Below are positions 61,158 to 64,000 of a stretch of 64,000 bases of DNA, in pieces. The notes beneath the pieces were generated by a model, which was not told where the DNA came from, did not search any database, and was given only the letters and a program-made list of their open reading frames with translations. A program made the position numbers and the translations under genes. The first letter of the stretch is position 1, and each line of letters begins with the position of its first letter. The DNA comes from Vulcanimicrobiota bacterium (GTDB taxonomy: Bacteria > Vulcanimicrobiota > Vulcanimicrobiia > Eremiobacterales > Eremiobacteraceae), in the NCBI GenBank assembly GCA_963812135.1, contig CAWETU010000001.1, positions 2,176,001 through 2,240,000 on the forward strand, written 5' to 3'.

Positions 61158-61673
61158 ATGTCTAGGCGCAACCTGCCCATCGCCTTCGCGGTTCTTACCG
61201 CCTTGCTTCCGCTGGCGGCGTTCGCGTATACGCCCCCGTCCTTCACGCCGTTGACGCTCAAGAAACCCGATCTCACCCTCGGCGGCATCAAGACCACAGC
61301 CATGCTGCCATGCTCGCAAGGAGTGCCGAGGTTGCGCTTCATCGTCACCGTTCAGAACGTCGGAAGGGCTGACTACAGTCCCGCCCCGGCAAATCAAGCG
61401 CTCGCCGTCAAAGGGCCTTCGCACCTTGTCGTGGCGGATCTGCCGTTCATCGCGGCGGGCGGATCGTCGCAAGTAGAGCTCGACTACGCGCCGCAACCCT
61501 TGGAGAACGCGGCGTATCCGGATACGACGTTCAAATTCTCGGTGAACTCGAGCGGTCGCATCATCGAGTCGAATTACGACAACAACGTCAAGACGATCCA
61601 CGTGATGGTCAAGCCGGTCTGCCCGTCGCCGTCTGCTCCGGCGATGTCGCCGCCTGCGTCGCCTGGGCATTAG
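61158..61673 (+). CDS. Secreted CARDB-like Ig-fold protein
   Basis: AAGGAG RBS, signal peptide, KPDL, VTVQNVG, IIESNYDNN. Confidence 0.75.
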   Translation: MSRRNLPIAFAVLTALLPLAAFAYTPPSFTPLTLKKPDLTLGGIKTTAMLPCSQGVPRLRFIVTVQNVGRADYSPAPANQALAVKGPSHLVVADLPFIAAGGSSQVELDYAPQPLENAAYPDTTFKFSVNSSGRIIESNYDNNVKTIHVMVKPVCPSPSAPAMSPPASPGH

Positions 61674-63280
61674 GAACGGTCGAGTAAACTCGACCGCTAC
61701 GTTTCTGGTTGCGGTATGGTGCTTGCTCGGTGGATGCGGGCGCGCGGGGCCGCCGCCGACGGTCGATCACAGCGTCATCTCGTTCAACGTCTCAGAAGAT
61801 CCGCATTCGCTTAACCCGATCCTGGCACGCAGCGACGACGAGCGTCAGCTCGCGCACCTGACCTTCGACATGTTGCTCGACGTCGACGCGCACGGACAGC
61901 CGGTGCCTGCGCTCGCGACTGTCGTGCCGACGCTGTCGAACGGCGGCGTGAGCGCGGACGGCCGGCGCATCACCTATCACCTGCGGCGCGGCGTGCGCTG
62001 GCAGGATGGGGCGCCGTTCACGTCACGCGACGTGCGCTTCACGTGGCGAGCGGTGATGGATCCGCGTAATGCGGTGGCAAGCACCCGCGGCTATGATCTG
62101 ATCGAGGCCATCGATACCCCCGATCCGCTCACCGCCGTCGTACATCTCAAGCGGCCGTGGGCGCCTGCAGTTGAGACTCTCTTCACGTATGGCGCGCATC
62201 CGATTCCGATTTTGCCGGCACATCTGCTGGAGAACGCGGATCGAACGGGGTGGGCTGCGTTCGATCGCGCGCCGGTCGGCACGGGCCCGTTCGTGCCGGT
62301 GAGCTGGGAGCGCTCGACGAGGATCATCTACCGAGCCAACCCTCACTACTATTTGGGCGCGCCTCGCGTCGAACCAGATCGCCGCGATGGTAATCCCGGA
62401 TTTCAACACCGATCTGACGATGTTGCGCGCAGGGCAGCTCGATTGGTCGCTGCTCTCTCCGGCGCAGCGCCTGGCGTTGGGGACGGAGCCGTCACTGCGC
62501 ATCGTGTACGCGCCGTTCGCGGGTTTTGGCGCGCTCTCGTTCAACCTGCGGCGCCCGCCGTTCGACGACGTCCGCATGCGCCGCGCCATCGCGCAAAGCA
62601 TCGATCGACGGCGCTTGAGCGACGCGATCACGCGCGGCCAGTACCCAGTCACCGATAGCGATCAGCCACCGTTCTCGTGGGCCTACGATCCAACAGCTCG
62701 ATTGCCGGCGTACGATCCGACGGCTGCGGACCACGCGCTGGATATGTTGGGTTGGAAGCGGCAGGCCGACGGCATGCGCGCGAAGGACGGGCGGCGACTC
62801 GAAATCGCGTTCGCCGTTTTCCCGGAAGGGGATACAGCGGTGCGCACGGCCGTGTACGTCCAGCAAATGCTGGCGGCGCGCGGCATCGACGTCACGATCA
62901 AAAAAGTGACGTTGGCGCAATTTTACTTGCCGGCGGCGCTCGGCGGCCTGTTGATGAGCGGCAAGTATGACGTCGCGTATTTCGCATGGCGCACCGGCGA
63001 GGACCCGGACGATTCGGATCTAGTCACCTGTTCGGGCGCTTCGAACTACGCGGGATATTGCGAGGCCGCGCTTGACGCGCTCGAGCTTCAGGCGCTTTCG
63101 ACACCCGACCAATCGCGACGCCGGACTTTGTATTCGGAAATCCAAGGGACGCTCGCGCGAGACGTCCCCTATCTTTATCTGTACGCGCCGACGTACGGTT
63201 ACGCCGTCAAGAATCAGCTGCGCGGCTTCGAGCCGACGCCGTTCTCACCCACATCGAATTCGTGGCGCTGGCAGCGATAG
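61669..63280 (+). CDS. Family 5 (peptide/nickel) ABC substrate-binding lipoprotein (+1 frameshift near 62374; start non-canonical or uncertain)
   Basis: LGGC lipobox, SLNP, P.LA..VP, LR.GV.WQDG.PFTS.DV.FTW, PVGTGPF, D.RMRRAIA..IDR, NYAGYC. Confidence 0.85.
61677..61701. repeat. GTAG-type REP-like palindrome, copy 5 (in frame with SBP signal peptide)
   Basis: CGGTCGAGTAAACTCGACCGCTACG; reads GRVNSTAT in the SBP frame. Confidence 0.85.
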
Positions 63281-63342
63281 GTAAGGGCTTCATCAACCTC
63301 TAGACGCTGTCGCGCCTGGCGTGATATGCTCGGCATGACGAC

Positions 63343-63879
63343 ATGCACGAGATCATCTTACCCGACGCGAAGCCGGCGCTGGAATGGGTCAACAATCGGG
63401 TCGTTCAGAAAGTGAGCGCAGGGCGCAGACATGCGCTCGCGCAGGCAGCGTTTGCGAGCGCGCTCGGCTTGTGGACGCACGAACGCGGCAATGGAATGGC
63501 CGGCATCGAGTGGGCGTTCCAGGTGCGGCCGCCGGGAGAAATTGGGCGAACCCTTGTGCCCGACGTCGCGTTTCTTTCTTACGAGCGAATGCCGTTCGAG
63601 GAGCAGGAAGCCTTGGAGACCGTTCGGATCGCGCCCGACGTGGTCGTCGAAGTGCGTTCGCCCGGTGACCGGCAGCGAGACATCGACGAAAAGATTCGAG
63701 TCTACTTGGCTGCCGGAACGATGGTGGTGTTCCTGGTCGATCCCGAAACGAAGACGGTCACCGTCCGAGATGTGCGAGAGACGCGAACGATCGGTATTGA
63801 CGACACGCTGGAATATCCGGCTTTGGTAGGGTTCTCACTACCAGTCCGGGCGCTTTTTGATCTTCCACGCCCGAAGTAA
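63343..63879 (+). CDS. Uma2 family (PD-(D/E)XK) putative endonuclease
   Basis: LVPDVAF, APDVVVEVRSPGD, K...YLAAG...V.LVDP. Confidence 0.9.
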   Translation: MHEIILPDAKPALEWVNNRVVQKVSAGRRHALAQAAFASALGLWTHERGNGMAGIEWAFQVRPPGEIGRTLVPDVAFLSYERMPFEEQEALETVRIAPDVVVEVRSPGDRQRDIDEKIRVYLAAGTMVVFLVDPETKTVTVRDVRETRTIGIDDTLEYPALVGFSLPVRALFDLPRPK

Positions 63880-63895
63880 CCGCGATCGAGCGGAG

Positions 63896-64000
63896 CTACG
63901 GAGCGAGCACTACCTTTCCGACGTTCTTGCCTTCTTGCAATCGTCGAAACGCGTCGGGTGCTTTTGCGAACGGCACGACTTGATCGATGATCGGCTTAAT
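63896..64000 (-). CDS. C-terminal end of an MDR/quinone oxidoreductase family protein (partial)
   Basis: IKPIIDQVVPFAKAPDAFRRLQEGKNVGKVVLAP*. Confidence 0.75.
   Translation of the reverse strand: MKPIIDQVVPFAKAPDAFRRLQEGKNVGKVVLAP

Noticed and set aside
3120..62380. Programmed ribosomal frameshifting or phase variation
   Set aside because: No slippery heptamers or long homopolymer/SSR tracts at the sites; unrelated genes affected
63343..63879. Uma2 as part of a defence or restriction system
   Set aside because: Stand-alone gene with no methylase or other defence genes nearby

Overview
GC-rich (roughly two-thirds G+C by eye) bacterial chromosomal window from a diderm organism. The gene repertoire (TonB receptor with N-terminal carboxypeptidase-like domain, Vgb-repeat and Pro/Thr-rich lipoproteins, Uma2) is reminiscent of Eremiobacterota-type soil bacteria, which is inference only. 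1-22.2 kb is a surface-glycan locus: D-glucuronyl C5-epimerase-like gene (missing from the ORF track), O-antigen ligase/Wzy-like protein, three GT4s, two tandem paralogous lipoproteins and a priming sugar transferase. These are followed by a tightly coupled operon (GT2, DegT aminotransferase, Gfo/Idh/MocA oxidoreductase, hexapeptide N-acyltransferase, FAD oxidoreductase, deacetylase, double GT-C fusion, ABC-2 exporter, truncated pseudo-GT2) that looks like an Arn-analogous lipid-linked amino-sugar pathway. The rest is mixed metabolic/envelope DNA: dehydrogenases, TonB receptor, pbpC, alpha-2-macroglobulin, sulfatase-maturase radical SAM, tag, tyrosinase, DtxR/NRAMP module with tandem palindromic operators, fumC, proline dehydrogenase, GMC oxidoreductase, cupredoxin, MFS, peptide-binding protein and Uma2. 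The most striking unexplained signal is a 25-bp GTAG-type palindromic (REP-like) element present five times; three copies sit in-frame inside unrelated genes and a fourth probably does, all encoding GR(M/V/I)NSTAT. Ten frameshifts in nine genes are all +1, most likely sequencing insertions. No rRNA, tRNA, CRISPR array or transposase was recognised.
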